Shown here: positions 1 to 7,957 of the stretch, piece by piece | How the letters are laid out: every line of letters begins with the position of its first letter | Numbering within the stretch: the stretch's first letter is position 1 | Source of the DNA: Desulfobacteraceae bacterium | GTDB taxonomy: Bacteria > Desulfobacterota > DSM-4660 > Desulfatiglandales > HGW-15 | Assembly (NCBI GenBank): GCA_050122535.1 | Contig: JASFIT010000001.1 | Span: 1 to 41,019, forward strand | Direction: 5' to 3' | Length of the DNA stretch: 41,019 nucleotides | Translations under genes and position numbers: made by a program | Notes under the pieces: model-generated | Seen by the model: the letters and a program-made list of their open reading frames with translations, nothing else | Database searches by the model: none | Told to the model about the DNA's origin: nothing

Positions 1-399
1 AAGTTCTTCATTGTATTCATCATCCACTTTCTTCGGACACTTTTCGAAACAGGTGCCGCAAGCGATGCATTTATCCATATCCACGTAGCGGGGATGCTTG
101 AGGATTTCCACATCAAAATTGCCCTCTTCTCCATTGATCCCCACGATCTCCGAAAGGGTCATCAACTCTATGTTAAGATGCCGGCCGACCTCGACCAGTT
201 TGGGAGAGATAATTCACATGGCACAGTCATTGGTGGGGAATGTCTTGTCCAGCTGTGACATCATGCCACCAATGGAGGGAGATCTCTCCACCAGGTAGAC
301 GAAGTATCCTGAATTGGCCAGGTCCAAGGCTGCCTGCATCCCGGCGATGCCTCCACCCACGACCATTACGGAGCCGGATAACATTTGATTATCAACCAT
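1..399 (-). CDS. hdrA: HdrA-like FAD/FeS oxidoreductase (heterodisulfide reductase subunit A family). 5' part only; the gene runs off the window start. In-frame TGA at 214..216 read as selenocysteine.
   Basis: N-terminus [51 protein letters not shown] has a GGGxAG dinucleotide fold and the HdrA-type TNDC motif. The frame stays open and HdrA-like after the TGA: [25 protein letters not shown]...[18 protein letters not shown]. Confidence 0.8.
181..198 (-). promoter_or_regulatory. Candidate bacterial SECIS stem-loop, 15 nt downstream of the in-frame UGA
   Basis: mRNA reads CUGGUC-GAGGUC-GGCCGG. This gives a 6-bp stem (two G-U pairs) and a loop containing GGUC, the motif found in the fdhF-type SECIS apical loop. 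Confidence 0.35.
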
Positions 400-488
400 T
401 ATTGAATCTCTTCCTTGCTTCTTTAAACGTCAGTTGTCAGTGGTCAGTTGCATTCATCTTCGGCGACGGAACACCCAACGGACGGTGA

Positions 489-1373
489 CTATGTGTTTGC
501 AAAAAAGTCTTCCAAATTCCCCACGGGTAATTGATGCTCCTCAAATCCCAAGGATTCTTTGTCCATACCCATGGACAGCCCCAGGAGCTGTGGGTAGAGA
601 ATTGCGGGAAGAAGACTGTTAGTACCACGCGAGGAATGAATCATCTTCTGCACCGTATCGAACTGGAGCTGACAGTATGTGCAGGCAGTACACAGATAAT
701 CAGCGCCTGACTCCTTTCCTGCCACCAGTTTCTTCTGAGTCAGATCCATGGATAGATCATCGTTGATGCCCCACAGGGGCGCACCACAACATTCCAGCTT
801 CATGGGCCAGTCCACGCTCTTAGCACCCGTGACTTCAACAAGCTGTTCAAAGATGGACGGGGCCACCGGGTCGTCCAATTGAACGATCTCACTTGGCCGC
901 AATGCGTGACAGCCGTATTGGGCGGCGATTCCAATTCCGTTAAAGGGCCTCTTAACCCTTTCTTTTATCGCCTCCATACCCACATCGTGGAACAGGACTG
1001 AAAGGAGATGCTTCACCTCCAGGTCTCCTTTGTAGTGCAGCCCTTCCTTATCCAGCGCCCTGTTGATTTCCTCCCGCCAGTCGCCATCTCCCCTCATCAG
1101 ATGGTCTGCCTTCTTTAGGCTCCCATAGCAACACTTACAGAGGCTAACCACGTCCAGATTTTCTTTTTCAGCGAGCGCCAGATTCCTGGCTGAGGCAAGA
1201 AGAAAAGATCTGAAATCAATGTTTCTTACAGGGTATCCACAGCAATTAAAGGCCTTTATTTCCACCAATCCCACGCCCAATTCACCTAATACGGCCCTGG
1301 CAGAGCTCTCGTATTGGGTAAGACGGGCTGGAATGTTGCAACCGAGAAATAGGGCAAATTTCATGATCTTCAT
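489..1373 (-). CDS. hdrB: HdrB-like subunit (two CCG cysteine-rich domains)
   Basis: 294 aa. MKFALFLGCNIP...FNCCGYP and ...LECCGAP are CCG-domain motifs. ATGA start/stop overlap with the upstream gene. Confidence 0.8.
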   Translation of the reverse strand: MKIMKFALFLGCNIPARLTQYESSARAVLGELGVGLVEIKAFNCCGYPVRNIDFRSFLLASARNLALAEKENLDVVSLCKCCYGSLKKADHLMRGDGDWREEINRALDKEGLHYKGDLEVKHLLSVLFHDVGMEAIKERVKRPFNGIGIAAQYGCHALRPSEIVQLDDPVAPSIFEQLVEVTGAKSVDWPMKLECCGAPLWGINDDLSMDLTQKKLVAGKESGADYLCTACTYCQLQFDTVQKMIHSSRGTNSLLPAILYPQLLGLSMGMDKESLGFEEHQLPVGNLEDFFANT

Positions 1374-3136
1374 CCTAATGCCTGATCGTGGCTCTCTTTT
1401 GCGAGTGCAACCGCTTCATTCTTGAGCTCATAGAGAACATCAGTGATAGTCACCCCCTGCGGACACTGCTCTTGACACTGATAACACGTGAGACAATCCC
1501 ACAACATCCTTGAGCCAAGGGCAAAGTTCTTCAACCCCAAGCCACAGGAGTGCATGATCTGGTGAGGAAGAAGCCCCAAAACCTTTTCCGGGTTTTCATA
1601 ATTTGCTACAACCGGGCATACGGTGGTGCACGTCTCGCAGCCAAAACAGACGGAGAATGTCTTTGCCTGGGTCGAAAGATTCAGGCCATTTCTGAAAACT
1701 TTGTCTGTAGGGGTTAACGGGAGGACCTCATCCTCCTTCATGCTGAAATCACATACAGCCTCAATCGCCTCTCTAGCCAGATTTAAGGCTTGGCCGTATT
1801 CCGCCCCAGTGACATCGGCTTTCATGAGCCCACGGTAGAAAGAGAGAGGGCTCAGGGAGAGCAACTCCGGGTACCCCTTTTGAAGCAGAGACTCCCTCAC
1901 ATTGAACCAGAGATCCTGTAGGTTAATCCCCACAGGACAGAGTACTGTGCAACGTTTGCAGTTGGTACAGAGATAAACCCCTTCCAGGATGTGTCTGAGT
2001 TCCCCCTCACTGAGTGCCTTGCCCGCAGCAAGGGCTTTTACTGAAATGAGCTTTTCTGATGGCAGGATGTTGAGATTGGGCATGGTTTCAAAAAACACGC
2101 CTGCCGAGCAATTCAGGGTACATGTGCAGCAGTGGGTGCAGGCATCCAATTCCATGACCTGCCTGGTGGCAATATTGGCAGGATCAGATCCAGATTTGTC
2201 CATCACCGAATTGGCCAAAAGGCTCAGAGGACTCGCTAAAATGTGAAACATCTTGCTAAAGGGAAGATAGGCAAGACCTAACCAGCATGCCAAGAAATGG
2301 ATATACCAGAGTATGATGGGTATCTTGGCCCGATCCAAGGCCAGAGCAACAGGCGTGATGATCTTTGCCGTACCGTAACCCAAGAAGGCCCATTGGGGTC
2401 TGGAGTGGCAGGCCGCACAACTCGTTTCGTGGGCCTCCTTGCCCAGTTCAAGGGTCTCTGCATCAAAGGGCCCCTTAACCTCTGGTGAAACCACGCCAAA
2501 TTTCTCTACCCAGTAAGCTTCCAGGGCCTTAAGCCACTGCTCGCTGTCATCGTCCGCATAATCCTCAACCATCTCCTGGTATCGGGCATGGGATACGATC
2601 TTTGCGCCTTCAAGGAGGAACCCCGAGATCATAATGACAGCCAGGATAATGAGGGCGTAACGGTCCATGAAATTGGTTGAAAGCCGCGGTACCTTTAAAA
2701 TATGACGCCTGTAGACGGCTATGGCTATTCCCACGATTACCAAGGCCCCAAATAGATCCCTCAAAAAGAGGAATGGATTGATTGTGGCAGAATAATCTGG
2801 GAATAATGGGGATGTTATGAACTTATCCAGCGCGTGCATCAGGAGGAGCAGCATGAAACCACCATATAGAAAGATATGCATGAGCCACCTGAGAAAGTCT
2901 TCCTGCAACACCTTCCGCTGCAAGAGCACATCGAGAAGAAAAACCCTGAGCAGGGTCAGAAGCTTTGCACTAAAAAAGGTCAGTACGACCCCTTTAACGG
3001 CCCCAGAAACCCTTGCTGAAGTGGAGATTTCCTTGGCTTCCACACCAAGGGTATATCTGAACCAGGTGGATACCTTATAGCCGAGACCGAGCAGAAAAAC
3101 GGCTAAGGCGATATATAATGAGATTGTGAAAAACAT
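1370..3136 (-). CDS. Integral-membrane cytochrome-b-like (NarI/DsrM-like) domain fused to a cytoplasmic HdrC-like poly-ferredoxin domain
   Basis: 588 aa. The N-terminal ~300 aa have several hydrophobic helices with conserved His (MHIFLYGG, LLLMHALD, WYIHFLAC, MFHILA). The C-terminal half has four CxxCxxCxxxC(P) motifs (CTHCCTCTLNC, CTNCKRCTVLCP, CFGCETCTTVCP, CLTCYQCQEQCP). One CxxCH motif (CAACH, nt 2405..2419) lies in a loop between helices. Confidence 0.7.
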   Translation of the reverse strand: MFFTISLYIALAVFLLGLGYKVSTWFRYTLGVEAKEISTSARVSGAVKGVVLTFFSAKLLTLLRVFLLDVLLQRKVLQEDFLRWLMHIFLYGGFMLLLLMHALDKFITSPLFPDYSATINPFLFLRDLFGALVIVGIAIAVYRRHILKVPRLSTNFMDRYALIILAVIMISGFLLEGAKIVSHARYQEMVEDYADDDSEQWLKALEAYWVEKFGVVSPEVKGPFDAETLELGKEAHETSCAACHSRPQWAFLGYGTAKIITPVALALDRAKIPIILWYIHFLACWLGLAYLPFSKMFHILASPLSLLANSVMDKSGSDPANIATRQVMELDACTHCCTCTLNCSAGVFFETMPNLNILPSEKLISVKALAAGKALSEGELRHILEGVYLCTNCKRCTVLCPVGINLQDLWFNVRESLLQKGYPELLSLSPLSFYRGLMKADVTGAEYGQALNLAREAIEAVCDFSMKEDEVLPLTPTDKVFRNGLNLSTQAKTFSVCFGCETCTTVCPVVANYENPEKVLGLLPHQIMHSCGLGLKNFALGSRMLWDCLTCYQCQEQCPQGVTITDVLYELKNEAVALAKESHDQALG

Positions 3137-3143
3137 GGATCTA

Positions 3144-4292
3144 TTACTCCGGACTCCTTTCCCCTTCTAACTGGTCCAATAGATATGCATACAGGTCTAC
3201 AATATTGAGATCCACATCCGTATTGGACTGGGCGCAAGTCAGGTGGATCTGGCACTTTGGACAGGCGGTGATGAGGGCTTCTGCACCGGTTTGTATGGCC
3301 TCATCGAGTCGTTCCATTTGCATGGTTTTGGAACAGCCGGAGCACTCCATCCAGGCCGTTGTCCCGCAGCAGAGGGAATTTTCCCGGCTTCGCTCCATTT
3401 CCACCAGATTGGTCTCTGGAATGAGTTTTAAGATCTCCCTGGGTGGTTCGTATATGCCCGCCCAGCGACCCAAACGGCAGGGATCCTGGAAGGTGAGCGT
3501 TCCATTGGGAGAAGGTCGAAAGGATAATCCTGATTCTGGTAGCTCCCTGGCAAGGAACTCTGTCATATGTAGGACCTCAAAGGGCAATTGCCCAAAGGTT
3601 TTGGGATAATGCTCTTTGAAGGTGAAGTACCCTTCTGGGCATGTGAAAAGCACGGTCTTGGCCCGGCTGGCATTGATGACTTCCAGATTCAACTGTCCAA
3701 GTTTGCGAAAAGTGGACTCATCCCCGCTCCAGAGTGCGTCATGTCCACAACAACGCTCATCTTTACTAATGACGGGCTCCACGCCCATCTTATTTAAAAG
3801 GGCAAGGACGCTTCGCGCCGTTTCGGTGGGCGTCAAGCTCAGGTACTCGAAGACCACATCAAAATAGGGAAGGCACCCCACAAAATAAAAATACTCCCCC
3901 TTCTCCTTGAAGGCCCCGGCTCCCTCTGCCCATGCAGTTCGCTGTTGTTGGATGTCCATGGTTTGCAGGCTGGCGATGGCCTGGAGCATGCCATGGTGGC
4001 TTTCCTGGGGTAAGTTCCCAGCCTTGCGCGCCTTCTCCCGCATGGTACGGGTGAACTCGGGGAAATCAATTTCCACGGGACATCGTACACTGCAACGGGC
4101 ACAACTAAGGCACGCCCATAAATCTTGACTTTTGAGCAGGTCCTCATTCGGGTCCATCATGACCCTTTTGAGCATCTGCCTGGGAGAGAAACCTGGCAGC
4201 GTCCGGGCCACAGGACAACTCCCAGTACATACGCCGCATTCCATGCAGTAGTCGATCTGTCTCTGGGTGATTTCCATTATCTGTTCCGTCAA
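3144..4292 (-). CDS. HdrD/GlpC-like Fe-S oxidoreductase (2x[4Fe-4S] ferredoxin domain plus two CCG domains)
   Basis: 382 aa with CMECGVCTGSCPV, CLSCARCSVRCPV, then CCGHD and CCGTT cysteine-rich motifs. Confidence 0.75.
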   Translation of the reverse strand: MTEQIMEITQRQIDYCMECGVCTGSCPVARTLPGFSPRQMLKRVMMDPNEDLLKSQDLWACLSCARCSVRCPVEIDFPEFTRTMREKARKAGNLPQESHHGMLQAIASLQTMDIQQQRTAWAEGAGAFKEKGEYFYFVGCLPYFDVVFEYLSLTPTETARSVLALLNKMGVEPVISKDERCCGHDALWSGDESTFRKLGQLNLEVINASRAKTVLFTCPEGYFTFKEHYPKTFGQLPFEVLHMTEFLARELPESGLSFRPSPNGTLTFQDPCRLGRWAGIYEPPREILKLIPETNLVEMERSRENSLCCGTTAWMECSGCSKTMQMERLDEAIQTGAEALITACPKCQIHLTCAQSNTDVDLNIVDLYAYLLDQLEGERSPE

Positions 4293-4448
4293 GGTTATAT
4301 CGCCCTGCCCGCAAGTTCAGAACCCGGGTGGAGGGTTCCCGCGTCAGGGGTCTTTACTCGCTCGTCTAATGCTTCCGAGAATTTGCCCTGATTGATTTTG
4401 ATGGCCTTTTTTAGAAGCGTTGTGGGACAGGCGTGAGGATATGATATA

Positions 4449-4471
4449 ATTCCTAGTTACTAACTAGGAAT
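4449..4471. promoter_or_regulatory. Perfect 23-bp palindrome (candidate operator) in the divergent hdr / oxidoreductase intergenic region
   Basis: ATTCCTAGTTA-C-TAACTAGGAAT, arms of 11 bp with no mismatch. A TATAAT hexamer (4445..4450) overlaps its left edge. Confidence 0.35.
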
Positions 4472-4735
4472 AACCAAAGGGGCCGATCCTGTCAAGCGAA
4501 AAAGCCATTTGACACGTGAGAGCCCACAGAATAGGATCAAGATCTTCAACCCGTAAAATCGCCTGTTTTCATCTGTTCAATCGCTTCTTCTACCCCACCC
4601 CACGATTGGATGCAAGAGCGGATCATCAAAAAAATTTTGCACTTGGACAAAAAAGCGGGCCGAGTATAACAGAAAAACTCAGTTTTATTCAAAAATTTTT
4701 TTTGTTGAGAATTTCAGGCTCATTTCCAAAATTGA

Positions 4736-4764
4736 TTGACAAACCCTGGAGATGGAAATATAAG
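4736..4764 (+). promoter_or_regulatory. Sigma-70-like promoter for the 2-oxoacid:ferredoxin oxidoreductase operon
   Basis: TTGACA-N17-TATAAG, about 120 nt upstream of the ATG at 4886. Confidence 0.35.
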
Positions 4765-4885
4765 AAGGACTTCTGTTTTTTGCCCTTCCATATCATTTTG
4801 CTAACCATCTAGGCACCCGTTAACTATCTCACATTGAAGAGAATATTATCGGGCTACAGATCATCAAAAGCGAGCGGTGAGGTTT

Positions 4886-5128
4886 ATGGCTAAGAAACCA
4901 AAACGAGGAAAGATAATAATTGATAGGGAACGTTGTAAAGGGTGCGCCCTTTGCATGCCTGTCTGCCCCCAAAATGTGATCATTACGTCAAGCAAATTGA
5001 ATCAAAAGGGGTATTCTCCGGCCGAGTTCAAAGAAAATTTAGCTGAAGGCGAAAAAGGCTGCACCGGATGCGCTATGTGCGCTACGGTTTGTCCTGAAGT
5101 CGCTATCGAGGTGTACCGTGCCAAGTGA
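4886..5128 (+). CDS. 2-oxoacid:ferredoxin oxidoreductase delta subunit (2x[4Fe-4S] ferredoxin)
   Basis: CKGCALCMPVCP and CTGCAMCATVCP motifs. ATG at 4886 preceded by GGTGAGG; the ORF track begins at GTG 4877. Confidence 0.8.
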   Translation: MAKKPKRGKIIIDRERCKGCALCMPVCPQNVIITSSKLNQKGYSPAEFKENLAEGEKGCTGCAMCATVCPEVAIEVYRAK

Positions 5129-6212
5129 AAAAATGTTAATGCCAGGTTCTCATGTTGTCGGTGAGGCGGCGGTGCGCGCCGGCTGCAGATACTATTTTGG
5201 ATATCCCATCACACCCCAGAATGAGCTTCCAGAGTATCTCTCTGCACGCCTAGTCCAGTTGGGCGGCACTTTCATTCAAGCGGAAAGTGAGGTTGCCTCC
5301 ATCAACATGGTTTTGGGCGCTTCGGTTGCAGGGGGCCGGGCCATGACCTCGTCTTCGTCGCCCGGTGTCGCCCTAAAACAAGAGGGCATCTCATACATGG
5401 CTGGCCAAGAACTGCCGGCGGTCATTGTGAACATGATGCGCGGCGGGCCCGGGCTAGGCAATATCGCCCCTTCGGCCGCGGACTATTTCCAAGCCACCCG
5501 GGGTGGTGGGCATGGAGACTACCGCACGCCAGTGCTGGCTCCGGCTGGGTGCCAGGAACTGGCAGAATTGACTTTCGTGGCCTTTGATCTGGCCGATGCT
5601 TACCGCACCCCTGTCATGCTTCTGGGGGATGGCCTGATGGGGCAGGTCATGGAGCCCGTTGTTTTCCCTGACTTTATTGACCTCAAAGATTTGCCGGAAA
5701 AAGACTGGATTCTGGATGGGTGTAAAGGTCGTGAGGCCAGAGCCATCTTTTCCATGCTCCTGGGTCAGAAAGGCGAACTCTATTACCATAACCTATATCT
5801 TCAGGAAAAATATGCCCAGATAACGGCCAAGGAACAACGCTGGGAAGCCAAGCACACGGAAGATGCTGACATTATCGTGGTGGCCTATGGCACAGCGGCA
5901 CGGATCGCTGAAAGTGCGATTGAAGAGCTGCGTGAAGAGGGTATGGCTGCTGGCCTTTTCCGCCCGATTACGCTCTGGCCCTACCCGAAGGCGACCTTAC
6001 GCGATCTGGCCAGGGACGGCCGCAAGGTAGCCGTGTTCGAGTTGAGTTTGGGGCAAATGGTAGAAGATGTGGTTCTTTCTGTTGGCGAGCGAGCTGAAAT
6101 TTTCTTTTACGGCATTCCTGGCGGGCTTATTCCCACCCCCGCGGAAGTGGCTGACTTTCTGCGCTCAGTCGCGAAAGGCGACGAAAAGGTGGGCAGGAGG
6201 ATCGAAGTATGA
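5118..6212 (+). CDS. 2-oxoacid:ferredoxin oxidoreductase alpha subunit (KorA/VorB/PorA family)
   Basis: 364 aa. GEAAVRAGCRYYFGYPITPQNE is the typical alpha-subunit N-terminus. GTG 5118 has a GAGG 6 nt upstream; ATG 5133 is an alternative start. Confidence 0.85.
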   Translation: MPSEKMLMPGSHVVGEAAVRAGCRYYFGYPITPQNELPEYLSARLVQLGGTFIQAESEVASINMVLGASVAGGRAMTSSSSPGVALKQEGISYMAGQELPAVIVNMMRGGPGLGNIAPSAADYFQATRGGGHGDYRTPVLAPAGCQELAELTFVAFDLADAYRTPVMLLGDGLMGQVMEPVVFPDFIDLKDLPEKDWILDGCKGREARAIFSMLLGQKGELYYHNLYLQEKYAQITAKEQRWEAKHTEDADIIVVAYGTAARIAESAIEELREEGMAAGLFRPITLWPYPKATLRDLARDGRKVAVFELSLGQMVEDVVLSVGERAEIFFYGIPGGLIPTPAEVADFLRSVAKGDEKVGRRIEV

Positions 6213-6982
6213 ACGCTGAAGTGGCTTACAAGAAGGTCTTTGGCCGACCCGAGTCTCTAAAGCCGAACCCGACCCATTATTGTCCCGGCTGTGGCCATTC
6301 CATCGCCCACCGGCTGGTGGCCGAATGCCTGGATGAAATGGGTTTGCGCGAGAAGACGATCGGCGTACCGCCGGTGGGTTGTGCCGTTCTGGCTTATAAT
6401 TACTTTAATTTTGATATGGTGGAGGCGCCCCACGGGCGGGCTTTGGCTGTGGCCACCGGCGTCAAGCGGGTGCGTCCCGACAATTTTGTCTTATCATACC
6501 AAGGCGACGGAGACCTGGCAGCCATCGGTACAGCCGAGACCATCCATGCAGCGAACCGGGGCGAGAGAATCACCACTATTTTCATTAACAACGCCATTTA
6601 CGGCATGACAGGTGGCCAGATGGCGCCCACCACGCTTTTGGGTCAACATGCGACGACTGCCCCTGGGGGACGAGATGCCAGGCTTCATGGCCGTCCCATT
6701 GATATTTCCACGATGATAGCCCATTGCGAGGGTGTGGTTTATGTGGAGCGCTGCTCTTTGACGTCAGTCAAGTACATTCGCCGGGCCAAGAAGGCCATCA
6801 AAAAGGCTTACCAGTGCCAGCTTGACGACCTGGGTTTTTCTCTGGTGGAGCTTCTCTCTCCCTGCCCAACAAACTGGAAGCTGTCGGTAGAGGATTCCTG
6901 GAACTGGATCAACGATGTAATGGTCAAAACCTACCCTTTAGGCGTCATTAAAGACACCACCGGATACGAGGACAAAAAATGA
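6209..6982 (+). CDS. 2-oxoacid:ferredoxin oxidoreductase beta subunit (TPP-binding)
   Basis: 257 aa with HYCPGCGHSIAHRL and GDGD...NNAIYGMTGGQ TPP motif. Start overlaps the alpha stop. Confidence 0.85.
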   Translation: MNAEVAYKKVFGRPESLKPNPTHYCPGCGHSIAHRLVAECLDEMGLREKTIGVPPVGCAVLAYNYFNFDMVEAPHGRALAVATGVKRVRPDNFVLSYQGDGDLAAIGTAETIHAANRGERITTIFINNAIYGMTGGQMAPTTLLGQHATTAPGGRDARLHGRPIDISTMIAHCEGVVYVERCSLTSVKYIRRAKKAIKKAYQCQLDDLGFSLVELLSPCPTNWKLSVEDSWNWINDVMVKTYPLGVIKDTTGYEDKK

Positions 6983-7521
6983 TCACCCGAACAATTTTCT
7001 CTGGCTTTGGTGGCCAGGGTGTTCTCTTGATGGGCTATGTCCTGAGCCATGGAGCGATGGCCAAGGGACTCAACGTCACTTACTTTCCCTCCTATGGGGC
7101 CGAGATGCGAGGCGGCACAGCCAACTGCACGGTCACATTGTCCGACAAAAAGGTCGCCTCACCGGTGGCCTCGAATCCGGACGTCCTGGTCGCCATGAAC
7201 TTCCCGTCCCTTGAGAAATTCCTGCCCACCGTGGTCGAACAGGGCCTTGTGTTTCTAAACGCTTCGCTTGTAGAGGAACCCCCTTCCCGCTCGGACGTGG
7301 AGTGGGTCCAGGAGCCCACACTCGAACTGGCCCAAGAGGTGGGTTCGGAGCGCACGGCGAACATGGTTATGATCGGCGTGGTTTGCGCCAAGGCCGAGCT
7401 GCTGACTCTGGAGGAGACCATCACAGGGATGCGAGCAGCCCTCAAGGGTAGAGAAAAGCTCTTCAAAATCAATGAGCAAGGCATAGAACGCGGGTTCACC
7501 TTCGCAGCCAAGGGTAAGTGA
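6979..7521 (+). CDS. 2-oxoacid:ferredoxin oxidoreductase gamma subunit
   Basis: 180 aa. IFSGFGGQGVLLMG is the typical gamma-subunit N-terminus. ATGA overlap with beta. Confidence 0.85.
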   Translation: MITRTIFSGFGGQGVLLMGYVLSHGAMAKGLNVTYFPSYGAEMRGGTANCTVTLSDKKVASPVASNPDVLVAMNFPSLEKFLPTVVEQGLVFLNASLVEEPPSRSDVEWVQEPTLELAQEVGSERTANMVMIGVVCAKAELLTLEETITGMRAALKGREKLFKINEQGIERGFTFAAKGK

Positions 7522-7577
7522 AGCTTCCCGCGCTTCCCCTCCCTCAAGCCTTACCGTCAGAAACTTTGTCGCATTTC

Positions 7578-7767
7578 GTCATCCCGGCCAAATCGCGCGT
7601 AGCGGGATGCTCGCCCTGTTGAATCTCGCCTTTAGCGAGTGCGCAAAGCGCAATTCAACAGGGCGAGCCGGGATCCAGAATAATTTGGTTTTCCGATAGC
7701 TTACTGGATTCCGGGTCTCGCACTACCTTGATCAGCTCGCCCGGAATGACAGTTTGTTGAATTGCGA
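7578..7767. repeat. REP-like palindromic element (copy 1), interrupted by a 126-bp hairpin-rich insert
   Basis: Arms GTCATCCCGGCC...GCGGGATGCTCGCC (7578..7615) and CGGAATGACAGTTTGTTGAATTGCGA (7742..7767) are contiguous in copy 2 at 29895..29959. The insert 7616..7741 ends in a second GCTCGCC. Confidence 0.6.
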
Positions 7768-7957
7768 CCCAGCCGCTTCATCTCCGCCTCGCCGCTATAG
7801 ACCATCCGCTCATAGCATATCAAACCGTCGCGTGGGGCAGACCACAGTGTCTGCAAAGAGGGCTTGATCATACCGCCCGGTTGAATCTTCTTAAAACTTG
7901 AATATTGAGGCGCTCCTATTCTATAGTGCCCCCAGCATTAGACGGGAGTACAGATGT

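Noticed and set aside
98-488. Plus-strand track ORFs 98..298 and 240..488, overlapping the HdrA-like gene
   Set aside because: They are antisense to a strongly recognisable HdrA sequence, have no motifs and a Pro/Ser/Arg-rich composition typical of the wrong frame.
3205-4391. Multiple plus- and minus-strand track ORFs inside the HdrD-like gene (for example 3205..3609, 3839..4147, 3907..4128)
   Set aside because: They overlap a CDS with clear FeS/CCG motifs and have shadow-ORF composition.
4516-4812. 98-aa plus-strand ORF in the hdr/oxidoreductase intergenic region
   Set aside because: It has a GTG start without a Shine-Dalgarno and a low-complexity basic sequence. The region holds promoter-like elements (TTGACA-N17-TATAAG), so it is more likely non-coding.
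7898-7957. N-terminal extensions proposed by the ORF track (7898 for acd; also 14206 for hypB and 38245 for the PLP enzyme)
   Set aside because: Internal ATGs with good Shine-Dalgarno sequences (7958, 14266, 38404) give proteins of family-typical length. The extensions run through repeat arrays or non-conserved sequence.
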